Below, piece after piece: positions 43,021-59,400 of a DNA stretch of 64,000 nucleotides. The notes beneath the pieces are model-generated. The model did no database searches. It saw only the letters and a program-made list of their open reading frames with translations, and had not been told where the DNA came from. Within the stretch, counting starts at the first letter, position 1. Each line of letters opens with the position of its first letter. This DNA comes from Octopus sinensis (taxonomy: Eukaryota): positions 64,852,001 to 64,916,000 of the forward strand of contig NC_043007.1 of the NCBI RefSeq assembly GCF_006345805.1, in the 5' to 3' direction. The position numbers were made by a program, and so were the translations under genes.

Positions 43021-45315
43021 CAGTGGATTATTCAATAAAGTGGGTCTCAGCAGATGAGTCAGCAGAAAGGTAGGAAGTCAAATAATGGTAGTGAAGTTGA
43101 AGGAAAGGAAAAGTTAAGGTATCTAGTTAGAGAGTTGTTGGTGTGTAGTCCCCTCCCAGTCACTCCGATTGCGTTCCAGAAGCGTTTCAACTGGCAAACT
43201 TGATCAGTTGGAATGGTAAGTTGTGATTTTAAGGAAATTTGGCTACCGTTTCTAACATACCTAACGGTAACTTGCAAGATTCTCCTTGTTGGCACATGGA
43301 GGTAATTTTGGTAGAATTTCCATGGAATTTACTCTGGATACGGATGATTCCTGAAAGGGCGCTGCCGAGGTTTGTGAAAATGTGAACAAAATTCAATTTG
43401 GAGACTTGAAGCGCATGATAGCCCAAACAAATTCTTTTTGAACATTCAAAGAAAGATGTTTCACACGTTTCCAATCTCATTTACATTTGTTTATGTCTAG
43501 TAATAATAATAAAAATTGCGGCATTTTTGTACATTCCAAATACTCGATTATAATCGAACTTAAAGTGAAATAAATTCACAAAATCATTAGTATATGAAAG
43601 CATTTCAAATCATCATTTTGTACTCCATGTTTCCAAAAAGAATTTTTTCAGAGCACTTCATTTGTGCTTATCAAAGGTAAAGCGTTTGAGCTCTCCCCAT
43701 TTAGAGACAATTTAGAGATAATTCTCGTTATTAAAGGTTTCTCTAATAAAAACATCATTTTATTTTTGAAGTCGTCTCAAAGCTCATCAGTTTGACAACT
43801 ATCCAGCTGTCGCACTTTCGTGTGTAGTAAAGTTTTTAACTCGGACACCATACAAATATCTGATAATAGCTCGGTTGTATTTATAACGTCGGCCATGTTG
43901 GCCAGCTGAATAGCGCATTCATTATTTCCGTCAATTTTTCAATGAATTGTGCGATTCAAGTATTGCTAATTTTTGCAATTCTTTCCCACTCCTCATCGTT
44001 TGACAATGGGATTTTGCTTTCTTTTGTCAGCATAGCGTTTTATCGCCAATAGCATATAGTTTCTCAGATTTTGAAGCCTTTTCGTATTTTAAAAAAAGAC
44101 TTGGTTTTATACTTTTGAAGTTTTGGACAGTTTTCAATAAATAAATAAATAAATAAATCTGTATAGGAAGCATGTCTTGTACTAGGGTGTCCTTTTAATT
44201 TAGTAGGCTTCATTCTTCCATTCACCTAATATTCCTTAAAGATTTAGCAAAATGGATTCTGAACGATTCTCTTCATATTGTGGGACCAATCGTGTTGCTC
44301 ATATTGTAGAGCCATTCGTATTGTAGAAACATTTTTGGTAATTTCTCGCATTTCTGTACAGGAGTATTTCAGTCCCTTATTAGTTCGTATTTGCTGCATC
44401 AAAGTTCTGTGGTAACTTATATATCAGCATTATTTTCTAACCATTTAGCAATGGGGAAATATTTTCAATTTCATTTAATGAAAGAATTTAACTAATGTTT
44501 TGAAAATAACTGTAAAACATCTTAACAACTGATGTAAATTAGTTACGATGAATTTATACGTACTTAAAATGCATTATGAAGTAGAAATTAAAACATTAAA
44601 ACTTTATATTTATATGCTTTGAATTCAGTTAACGTTATTTTAGACAGAAAACAGAAAAGAATTGTATCCTTATTTCTTGATCTCACAAAATAAACCCCTG
44701 CCTTGATAAAATCGAAGTATCTGAAAAAGTATCCACTATTGCGACACAGTTCATTGTCTATATATAATTTGCTTTCAGATAGAGAAATCAAAATCATGTT
44801 TCTAAACGTACATTGTATGTATGTCTTTGAAAACATTCACTACCTTCTCTTAAATTCACGACTGAACATAATATGACACAAGATGGCAACTGTGCCGAGC
44901 CATAATACCAAGTATGCTACAAATAATTATAATATAATTATACTAAACATATAAAATGATTCTGGATAAAAAATATAGCAATTATTGAGTATTACTAATC
45001 AAAATAACTATTGATTACAGGAAAAATATTTCTGCAATATATGGCAGGCCTTAGAAGTCGATACTCTCAGTGTAGGATGCGAGTACAGAATCAAAACTGA
45101 ACAATAACAGAACAAGGTTAGTCCATTTAACAGTTAATTTGTTCTTCTGATTTTGCCACCTTTATATTATATAGACAAATTTTCTTGGGCCTATTGTTTA
45201 AGTAAATAATTTTATAAACAAAAAGTTTTTATAAAAAAACGAACAAATTTTATTATTCTCCCTGAAAGTTCCTCGATCTTATGGTGAATCGCGACCCACA
45301 GTTTAATAACGACTA
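43021..45315 (-). mobile_element. hAT (Charlie/ZBED5/FAM200-like) DNA transposon fossil with internal deletion
   Basis: Degenerate TIRs cagtggattattcaataaagtgggtctc (43021) and cgcgacccacagtttaataacgacta (ending 45315). Minus-strand motifs NGRMKPTKLKGHPSTRH (about 44190-44220, cf. SMKPSKLKRHLETKH), LLHTKVRQL (about 43805-43831, cf. LLHTEVRWL) and GSALSGIIRIQSKF (about 43325-43370, like the hAT dimerisation region). 8-bp TSD not preserved. Confidence 0.75.
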
Positions 45316-45596
45316 GTTTATAAGACAGTTGCTCAACTGTAAATTTCACTGACGTTGAAACTAGCTTTCATTCACTCACTCATTCAGTCAATTGTTCGTT
45401 CACTCATTTACTGAAAACTTGGTATTGCTGTCTGCTGCTATGTATATTGATTATTTATTTTTTAAGAAACCACCCACCTTCTCTCTCGTTCATACTCTTT
45501 TACTTACACATTCACTCCTCTATCATTAGCTATCTATATAACTGGCTGCATATTCATTGATCAAGCAATGTATATGTCTGCCTGCCTATCTATCTC

Positions 45597-45688
<92 letters not shown>

Positions 45689-46114
45689 CCTGTCTGTCCG
45701 CTTGCTTGCATGTCTGTCAGACTCATTGTATGCCTGCCTGCATGCATGTCTGTATGCCTGCATGTCTGTCTGTCTGTCTGTTTGTTTGTCTAACATGTAC
45801 CCTACAGTATAATACAGACAGGTACAAAAAATGCACTCTCACTGACACGTACACAGATCCTCTTTCTCTGTCTTACTCTCTACCTCTCACAACATAAATA
45901 TAAATGTGTGCATGCACAAACAGACGCACAACATATAGCTACCACACCCGAACACATCTATTTAGATGCATTAATAGCAACATATCCTGCTGCAAAATAG
46001 CCACAATGATATGATTCAGAAACAGAAGTAGAACTATTGATAAATATATAAAGCTCCTCTTTATTCAACCATCAGCAGTGTTACTAAGAACATATTTCCC
46101 TCTTTTACCTTCGA

Positions 46115-46165
<51 letters not shown>

Positions 46166-46439
46166 TCCTTAACACACACACACAAACACATACACGTATA
46201 TGATTACACGCATATGGTTTAAAAGGTGCACTGGATGGCGCATCACGTTACCAAAATGTTTGAGCTCAGTAGAAATGTTCCACACTCCACTCCTATGTAC
46301 GACGCTGTTTGAGAACAACCATAATAGCTTCGGTTAGGTTAATGTACGGAATATGAACCACAATACAGAAAAAGGCTGGACACATAAAACGTAGATAGTA
46401 TTTTATGCCTTATATAATTTCCATTGAGTTGTATTTTTG

Positions 46440-50050
<3,611 letters not shown>

Positions 50051-50285
50051 GGAAACCCTTAAAATTCGAACACACAACGGAAAACGAAATTACGACACAA
50101 CATTTTTACTACATGTGCAATCGATATCTTGAACAATATCAGGGAAAGCTTAAGCATGAAAAAGGCGCAGTTTATGAGCAAATTTCTTCTAAAATGTTTT
50201 GGTCTCAAACCATCTTCAGTGAGTAATGATATCCCGATAACATAAAATGCTTCATCAGGTAACGCTTTTAGTTCAGTGATGGACA

Positions 50286-50425
50286 TGCATACCTACCTAC
50301 CTACCTACCTACCTACCTACCTACCTACCTACCTACCTACCTACCTACCTACCTACCTACATACCTACTTACCTACCTACCTACCTACCTACCTACCTAC
50401 CTACCTACCTACCTACCTACCTACA
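50286..50425. repeat. (TACC)n microsatellite
   Basis: Direct reading; a similar array lies at about 39010-39110. Confidence 0.97.
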
Positions 50426-50488
50426 TACATACATACACACATACATATGTATATACCTACAGCATACATATATACATATACAAACGCA

Positions 50489-50520
<32 letters not shown>

Positions 50521-50814
50521 AATATAACTGCTCATAAACATATTCAAAAATATTCTTGGTTACTATCTTAAGAAGAAGGTAATATTTACTAAACGTTAGG
50601 GAGTTTGTAGTGTATGTAAAGAGGATGTCAGTGGCACACCACTTGCGTTTCACGTCTGAACTCCGCAATGGTATGAACCTCGATCCGTAAATACAATATA
50701 TATACCCCGTTATTGTTCAGTCGTAATTTTGTGTTTATTAGTCTATAGGTTTGATTCAGTGCATATGAAATGTGCCTGCATGTACCAAACACAGACACAA
50801 ATATACCCCCACTG

Positions 50815-51336
50815 CGAGGTGCAATGCCAGAAGTTTTCAAACTTGTTTTAGGGGTGGCAGTTAAAACTGTCTAAGGTTTTTTGTAATTTTAGTATATCAT
50901 TATTATACATAAAGTAAACTGACCGGCCCACTTTTTTATTCCAGATTGAAGGAATCGGCTGTAACAGAACTTTGAACACATCTTTCTAAATACCATTTTT
51001 CAAATTCTATCTTGGTGATCAACTACTTGACAGGGTTGAGTATCACAACTGTTCCTCACCCCCTATTTTCCAAATTTTTCTACGTATGGTTTAGATCTAG
51101 ATTTTCCCACACTGTAGAAGAACCTTGGGGCAGTCGTTTTGAAGACCTTGATAAGATGGACAAGGTTCCTGGGCACTTTCACTTTGGAGGACTATCATGG
51201 GGCCTTCACAAAGAGGTTGAAGCTCTAAAATAAGTGCATTGAAGTCAGAGGATCCTACTTTGAAAGGTTTTGTACTTCTTTGAAATTAATAGATGCCTCA
51301 AATGAAAACCCCTCAAAACTTCCGGAATGATACTCG
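50815..51336 (+). mobile_element. Short non-autonomous mariner derivative
   Basis: Imperfect TIRs cgaggtgcaatgccagaagtttt / aaaacttccggaatgatactcg+ta. Remnants TTVPHPLFS (cf. PHPPYSPDL) and KCIEVRGSYFE (mariner C-terminus). Confidence 0.72.
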
Positions 51337-51534
51337 TATACCTGCATATATATGTATGTATAGCTGCCCACACGTAGATGCATATATACGTATCTACAGC
51401 TGGATATATGCATATATGTATATATGTGCAAGTATGTATATGAATACACATATATATATACACAGATGTATACATATATAAATGTGTTTGTATACATATA
51501 GACATACTTTATACATATTATACATATATCAATC

Positions 51535-51581
<47 letters not shown>

Positions 51582-51629
51582 GCATATATATATATGTATA
51601 CATATATAAACATATTTATTCGTGTATAC

Positions 51630-51693
<64 letters not shown>

Positions 51694-51854
51694 GTGTGTG
51701 TGTGTGTGTTTGTATCTTTTCAATAGGTACAAATAACACGGAAAAATAAATAAAAAGTTACCAAGGTAGCAAAAAATTCACATAAATACCAAGGATGTAA
51801 CAACCTACTTAAAATGTAGAAATTCCAGTGTTTAATGAAATGTTTTCTTTATTT

Positions 51855-51894
<40 letters not shown>

Positions 51895-53739
51895 ATGTGT
51901 GTGTGTGTGTATGTGTGTAGGGCTATAATGGATGACATTTTCCGAAGGTACCGTACAGTGGGACTGAAGTCATGTCCAGACCACATGGTTGAAGGAAGCT
52001 TCTGATCACACGGTCACGCCCGCACTTATGTATACATATATTTATACACATATATACAAGCATGTACACACACACACACATAAACACACATACGCGCACA
52101 AACGCACACACATAACATTTACATAAATATATTTAAACACAATCACCCAAATATTTAGTCGCTTGCGTGCATCACATAAACAAGATACTTATTTATATAA
52201 TACAGCTAACTGTATAATTTTACAAAATCCCGAAACTGTTAGTATAAAAATCTATATAAAATATGATCGTTTTATTGTATATGCAAATCCATTAATTACA
52301 TTTACATGGATACTTTTTTCGGTTCTTAGTTGAAACAAGAAATGTCGATTGTAGTACATAAATGCACATATATTTGGTTAGGTATGAACATAGTGGTTCT
52401 GGAAGCTTCCATTTTTGCGATGAGTTGAAATGACCGCAGTCTGTACTGCAAGCTTAATGTCAAGTGTGTGAAATGTATTCAAGTTTTTCTTACTATTTTA
52501 ATAAATTATAGTCTACCGAAATCCAGATATTGGTGTATTCTTAATTTAGCCTTTCCAGTTGTGCAATGTATCTCGTTATTTAAATAAATATTTATTGCCT
52601 TTAAATCTGAAAAGAATAGTTTTGAGGAAAGATGTGCATAGAAGTGTTTTTGTCTCATTTTGCAACTCGTACTCTATCCATTATCTTAACATTCTCCTAT
52701 GGTTTCTCCTTGACTTCCAAGCGCATAATATTGTTTGAATCTCTGTTAGGTTTCTTTTTTCATTCTCAGTGAATTTTTTCATATTAACATTAGTCTCTCT
52801 CTCTCTCTCTCTCGTTCTATCTTTCACCCTCTCTCTCTTATCCTCTCCTTCGCACCTTCTCTTTCACGTTCACTCTTTCTCGCTCTTTCCACACACACAC
52901 ATATTCTCGAATGTGCATATATGTTTGTGTTTATATATATACAGATATGTGTGTGTGTAATTGCATTCGGTTTGTTTGTACGTATCTATAGTTTTTCTTA
53001 CTTCAGTTGTGCAGCGAATTTCGTTATCTAAGTAAATATCTATTGGCTTTAAAATGTGTAAAACAATAGTTTTGAAGGAAGACGTGTATAGAAGTGATTT
53101 TATTGAATACGTGATCAACTACCTTATTCTATGACTGACCTAATTAAATTTTTTTCAGTCCGCATGATATTACACACAAATGCACGCACACACTTATTAC
53201 ATAAAAATATATAACTAATATACATGAAACACATTTTTATTTAGTATATTAAACCCCTCTTTATTTGCCGTGTCTCTTCTTTCCCAAGGCTTCTAGACCC
53301 CAGTGACTATTCGTTAGTGAGTTTGATTAGTGTGGAAAAAATCGCAAGTTCACTTCCCACGGTATGAAATTGCAAAATCTCTGTATCCATGGTACGAGTG
53401 TTGAAACGATGGAGTGGGAAGCCAATATCTCTGTCAGTCTTGGCCCATATTGAAGCCTTCTTTTTGATAATCTGAGCGGGATTTGAAATCAGAACTAAAA
53501 AAGCCAGCAGTGATACCTTTCGACATCAATTCTGGCTTTGTGGTTTTTTACATTTCTATTTAACTACCATCGAGCGCCACTTTATTTCGATGTGGAAACA
53601 ATGAAAAGCAATGTAGATCTCAATAACATTTGAACTGAGAACGTGAAGTGACATCGCAAAGCATTCTATTCGACGCTGGAATGAGTTAGCCAATTCATTG
53701 CATGCGTGCACACATACATACATACATACATACATACAT

Positions 53740-53779
<40 letters not shown>

Positions 53780-53790
53780 ACATACATACA

Positions 53791-53824
<34 letters not shown>

Positions 53825-54639
53825 CATACGTACATAAATGCTTACACACACAGACACGTACACATTTGTGAAAATGTATATCATATATATATATACAAAA
53901 CGCGTACACACATAAATAAATCACACATATACACACACAAACATTCACTCAAAAATATGTATACACGTATACATTATTCTTTACTGGTTTGAGACATTTG
54001 ACTGCAGCCATGTTGTGACTTAGCCTTCAATGGCTTTAATCGATCATATCGACCAGGAGATTTACTTCAGTCTGGAACTTATTTTATTCGAATGGCTATG
54101 TTAACGTTTTGACGTAAGATGGGGGTGGGGAAAACTCGATGCAGAATTTACATTTCTTTATACAAGTACGCATATATACAACATACATTGTGATATATAC
54201 TATATATTACATGCTTCATACGTATCTATATGTATAAATATATATTTTTTAATGTATATATGTATGTGAGTGTGTGTGGGTGCATATATATATATATGTT
54301 GTTCGACAGTTGTGTATGTTTTAGAAACTAATAGTTACAAGTTCTCATCAAAGTTCTCATCAGAGACAATATAGAAAAAGAGGAGAATGATCCTCATATC
54401 AGATTGCATAAATATACACCAGGTATCACTCGATAACGTGTGCACACACAGACTCACAGGTACACACACACACATACACACACACACACACACATACACT
54501 CGCGCGCACACATACACTCGCGGATACAAACACATGCGTGTGAACGGACACACACGAATGTGAATCATTTCCAAACAGGTTTGGTGGCGCAAATTAGGGA
54601 TCTTTGAAGTTCAGGAGTAGAGTGATGATTACAATAACC

Positions 54640-55700
54640 ACGCATCCGCAAAAATATAACCCTCTTCCATTTTAATAAATTGATTAACCTAATGAAATCA
54701 GAAACTGAGAAAATTATTAAAAGAATCCTAGACATAATTCTAAAATAAATTAAAGGGAAATGCCAAATCTTGAGCAATGTACGCAAAAAGTTATTTGCTA
54801 GTTTAACAATGTGGAGGAGAAAATCCTAATACATTCCATCCAATATGACATAAATAACTACTATAGCTCTATTAATAAGAATATGAATTATGCTAGATCT
54901 CTCATCAAAATTGTTCATTCTAAAACAGATTTTATGCTAAAAGCTGCTATTTTATTTTTGAAGCTGCTTTGGATAAAAAAAGAATTCAGGCATTTTGAAC
55001 ACCAGCATCGGCTGAAGCAATCGTGTGAGGCATATACAGTGATAACGGTCTTTCTCTGTTAAATGAATTTAAACCACAAATTACATGGGATTAGAAAAAA
55101 GTCTACATTTTTTTTTGGGGGGGGGATTAGGGCTAATTTGAAACGAATGAAAAAATTTTTTAATGTTACTTTAAAACTCAGTAATGGGTATTGTTACCTT
55201 TGCGGTAATCCTAATGACATCTTTTTTTTATATAATGAAAATTTTATTCACCTTAGAAATATCACTGATAACTTAGTTAAGAACATTTTCTTTCGCATTT
55301 CATATATATCTTGTGAATGAAACTGCTTTTCATAATAAGGTGTCAAGTTATCAAGAAGCTAGATAAGATGGGAATATAATTTATATGTCCCTATCCAATA
55401 CGATATTGGATATACGCAACATTCAGAGGAACATTACTTGGGTCTATTTCTCCTTCAATGAACAAGTATCTCTTCCTATACCGAAAGTTCTTTTACTTAA
55501 ACATGTTCTCTTAGTCATAAATATAATAAAATAATTTACGGGAGACTATAATAGTACTCCTGCTTAATTCAAACCAAACTGTTCCTCAAAATATTTACCA
55601 TAAATGTAACTGTAACAATTAAAAAAACTACGAACTCAACTCTAATGCCTGCTAACACAGACTAAATCTTTACACAAATCTATATATATTTAAGATACAG
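54640..55700 (+). mobile_element. Decayed Penelope-like element RT region
   Basis: INLMKSETEKIIKRILD; QYDINNYYSSI (54841); GIYSDNGL (55029, cf. GLYRDDGL); NPNDIFFLYNENFIH...RISYISC; RNITWVYFSFN (about 55427, cf. RNIIWFNPPF). Confidence 0.8.
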
Positions 55701-56142
55701 TAATACTAGCGTCATCAGTTCTTTAGAGACTTCTCGAGCTCGCATTGTACCTTCGTCTCGGAGTAACTTTGGGGGTGGAAAGATATTGCTGCCAAGCACT
55801 GGCGCAATGAAACATTTAGCGGTCTCTACAAGGTCGACACTCTGATGAATGGAAGTATAAACATGACTCCTAGTAGAAATGTGGTTACATAATTATATGC
55901 ACTTTTCGCGTATGTTTATACTAATTTCGTAGTCAACACATCTTATTTTGAACATTATATGCATATTCTTGACTTATGTGATTTAGGTGTCTTTATACAC
56001 ACATATACACGTGTGTGTGTGTGTATGCGCGCGCGCATACATGCGCTAGTAGTAGTTGTAAAATTTTGTGTGCTTATTAGCATGTATGTATATTCATTTA
56101 TATGTGAAAATGTAAGTCTTTAAAATTTGGCTGCGATATATT

Positions 56143-56492
56143 CTTTTCTACTTTAGGCACAAGACCTTAAATTTTTGGGGAGGGGCCCAGTCGATTAAAT
56201 CGACTCCAGTACGCAACTGGTACTCAATCGATCTCGAAAGGATGAAAGGCAAAGTCGACCTCGGCAGAATTTGAACTCAGAACGTAATGACAGACGAAAT
56301 ACCTATTTCTTTACTACCCACAAGGGGCTAAACACAGAAGGGACAAACAAGGACAAACAAAGGGATTAAGTCGATTATATCAACCCTAGTGTGTAACTGG
56401 TACTTATTTAATCGACCCCGAAACATAACGGCAGACGAAATACCTTTAAGCATTTCGCCCGGCATGCTAACGATTCTGCCAGCTCGCCGCCT
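56143..56492 (-). mobile_element. Chimeric SINE family 1 dimer flanked by a perfect 17-bp TSD
   Basis: tttggctgcgatatatt at 56126-56142 and 56493-56509; internal junction GAAATA-CC-TATTTC at 56296-56309. Confidence 0.92.
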
Positions 56493-57191
56493 TTTGGCTG
56501 CGATATATTGTGCATGCATTAATTTGAAGTGTAAATCCATTTCTCTCTCTCTCTCATTTATGCACACACACTCTTTCTCTCTCCTGTGTTTCACAAAATT
56601 GTGTGTCTTACTTATTGCACACCCCTTCCAACTATCATTTTGATGTAAGAACCATATTCGACAGAAAATCTTTAAAATAACCCCTGACAGTATTATAGAT
56701 TTACTCTAGGTTGATTCTATTATTTTCTAGCTACACCAGTCCTTTTTAAGTAGTGTCTAACTCACTCGAAAATTTCCGAACTACCTTTCTTTTAGTGTAT
56801 TTCCTTCTTCAACTGACCATATTTGTTTTGAAATTATTTTTCATCGACTGCGGATTATTTGCTGCAGTGAGTGTGTAGAATGCAAATAGTCTCCCCTTTC
56901 CTCTTCTAACTCTTCAATAACAGTATTACGTTAAATCCCCAATTTGTGTTCTCCCCTATTGCTATATTTCTTCTTTTGTGCATTAAGAAAGTCGTGCTTT
57001 TGTTTCTTTTTGCAACTCGTATTCTATTTATTGTCTTAACATTCTTCCTTGGTTTCTCCTTGATCACCGAGCGCATAATATTATTGCTTGAATCTCTATG
57101 TCAGGCTTCTTTTTTCTTTCTTAGTGAATTTTTTCCTATTAACATGACACTCTCTCACTCCCCTCTCTTGCTCTTTCCACTCTCTCTGTCT

Positions 57192-57228
<37 letters not shown>

Positions 57229-57399
57229 GAATGCGTATATGTGAGTTAACCGGCCGAAACTGCAAAGACGATCTGGTACTCGACTGAAGATTGAAAGCTC
57301 CGAATAACTCGTCCATGTTTTTTCCAGTCCGTTTTCGTATCGTCTAACAGTCCGAATATTTTCGCCTGTTACGTTATTGGCGTTATTGTTCCATTTCTT

Positions 57400-57511
<112 letters not shown>

Positions 57512-57794
57512 GTATTATATATAAATATATGCGGTGTATTTGTATGTACATATCTATCCATCTCTCTCTCTCTCTCTTTCTCTATATACGTATATGTGTG
57601 CGTGTATGTGTATATCGTTTAGTAACTAATACCCTTTATTTAATGTGTATTATTTAATGCTTACACTTAAGTACTCACACAAAAGCACATTCACTCGCGT
57701 ATGCAGCCATAAGCGCGAGCACATATACACACCACATGTCGCACGCGCAGACGCAGAAAATTACACACACACAGACACACAGACACACACACAG

Positions 57795-57827
<33 letters not shown>

Positions 57828-58367
57828 TATTTTCGAAAATAAAAGTACATTCATCTTTACAGTTGAATCGCGAATATGGCTGAAAATTATATATACATGT
57901 AGACGTGAGAACATTCAGTCTCTGAAATAAATAAACAAAATAAATAAGAAGAGTAGGAAAAACAATAAGATTTTTATAGTACTTACCTTTGAGTATATCC
58001 AATGTAATGTTTTATGTTGATACTTGTATACACACAGATATATATAAGTATGCATATATGTTATACACTTTCAAATATACATGCATACATACATATATTT
58101 CTATATATTTTATGTATTTTACATATAGAGAAGTGTTTTCTTTCTATATATGTGTTATGTTATTTACTCAAAGTATTATTAGGTCATTGATAAGTTCCTA
58201 TAGAATATAATAAATTAGCAATTAGCTGTATCCGTCGCAAATTCGGTTGTAATTTTTATTAATTTGTTTCTGTGGTCGATTTACGGTGTAATTTTTTTCG
58301 TAGACACATAAAATCATCTATGTATTTAACATTGATTTTATATATATATATCTATATATATATATCT

Positions 58368-58420
<53 letters not shown>

Positions 58421-58607
58421 TATGAAATATAATCTTTTAATTTTGTTTGTGTTGAAATGTTCTTAAAATATTTTGTTGACTTGTTACTCCGAATCGAAAG
58501 AATGTTTCCAAAATTACACCGATTTCACGGACGGTCTTGTGGTTGTTTTACTAAGAATTTGAATAGTGATTAATAAAAATCTAATTTTTATTATACACTT
58601 TCAGTAT

Positions 58608-58678
<71 letters not shown>

Positions 58679-58899
58679 TTATAAAAATCTATAATCTTAT
58701 ATCAAGAATGAGTTGGTATATATATAAATATGTATGTGTATGTTTGAATGTTCTGGGGTTGTATTTTCACTCCTCTTGTTTATTTTTCGTTTTGAAACTT
58801 AGATAAAACGAAATATTTGTAATTCTTTAAAATTTGAAAATTTTATCTGTTTTATCCTGTGAACCCCTTGATGTTAAACTAGACAATATAAACACATAT

Positions 58900-59400
58900 A
58901 TATGTAAATATATACCTACGATTTTGGACAGAGATTTCAATTGATTAAATTTTAATGATAATATATCCTGGTGCGAAGCTTTATCCTCTTCTTTCAATTT
59001 GTTTTGTTCCGGTTAATGCATTATCTTCAGTAATCCGAACTGATATACCTCTTTCTGAGATTCCATTACTCCCTAAATTGACGAGGTTTCCAATTTTATG
59101 TATTCAATTCCAAATAATTGAATTTATCATAAAATCCTTGCGTTTGTAACGAAATGCACACGTTTTTATGCTTTTATTATAAAATAAAATCCAACGTTAA
59201 TATATTTCGTTCTTGTAATGTTTTTGGGGTGAACTTCCAATATTTAGTAATTATAGTCTTTTGATTTACATTTTTGTCATGGGAATTTAATATTTTTTGT
59301 AAATCTAGATTTACATTTCTTTCCTTTATTTCATCTGTTTTTGAAGTCGTTGTTTTCTTTAGCAACTCCGAAAAAGTTTTACGATTTGGTTCAACAACTT
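58900..59400 (-). mobile_element. Possible Penelope-like C-terminal/GIY-YIG remnant
   Basis: Loose similarity only (KERNVNLDLQKIL..., KTCAF..., LGSNGISERGISVRI). Confidence 0.3.

Noticed and set aside
43180-43215. 36-nt phase 1-1 exon candidate with G|GTAAGT donor
   Set aside because: Lies inside the hAT fossil and has a mediocre acceptor.
56796-56866. Hydrophobic reading VYFLLQLTIFVLKLFFIDCGLFAA between AG and GTGAGT
   Set aside because: Hydrophobicity follows from T-richness, there is no ATG, and it ends in phase 0 with no supporting partner exon.
57241-57312. ggccgaaac and ctgaaga...tccgaat as hammerhead halves
   Set aside because: Stems do not pair and the GAAA/cleavage triplet is missing.
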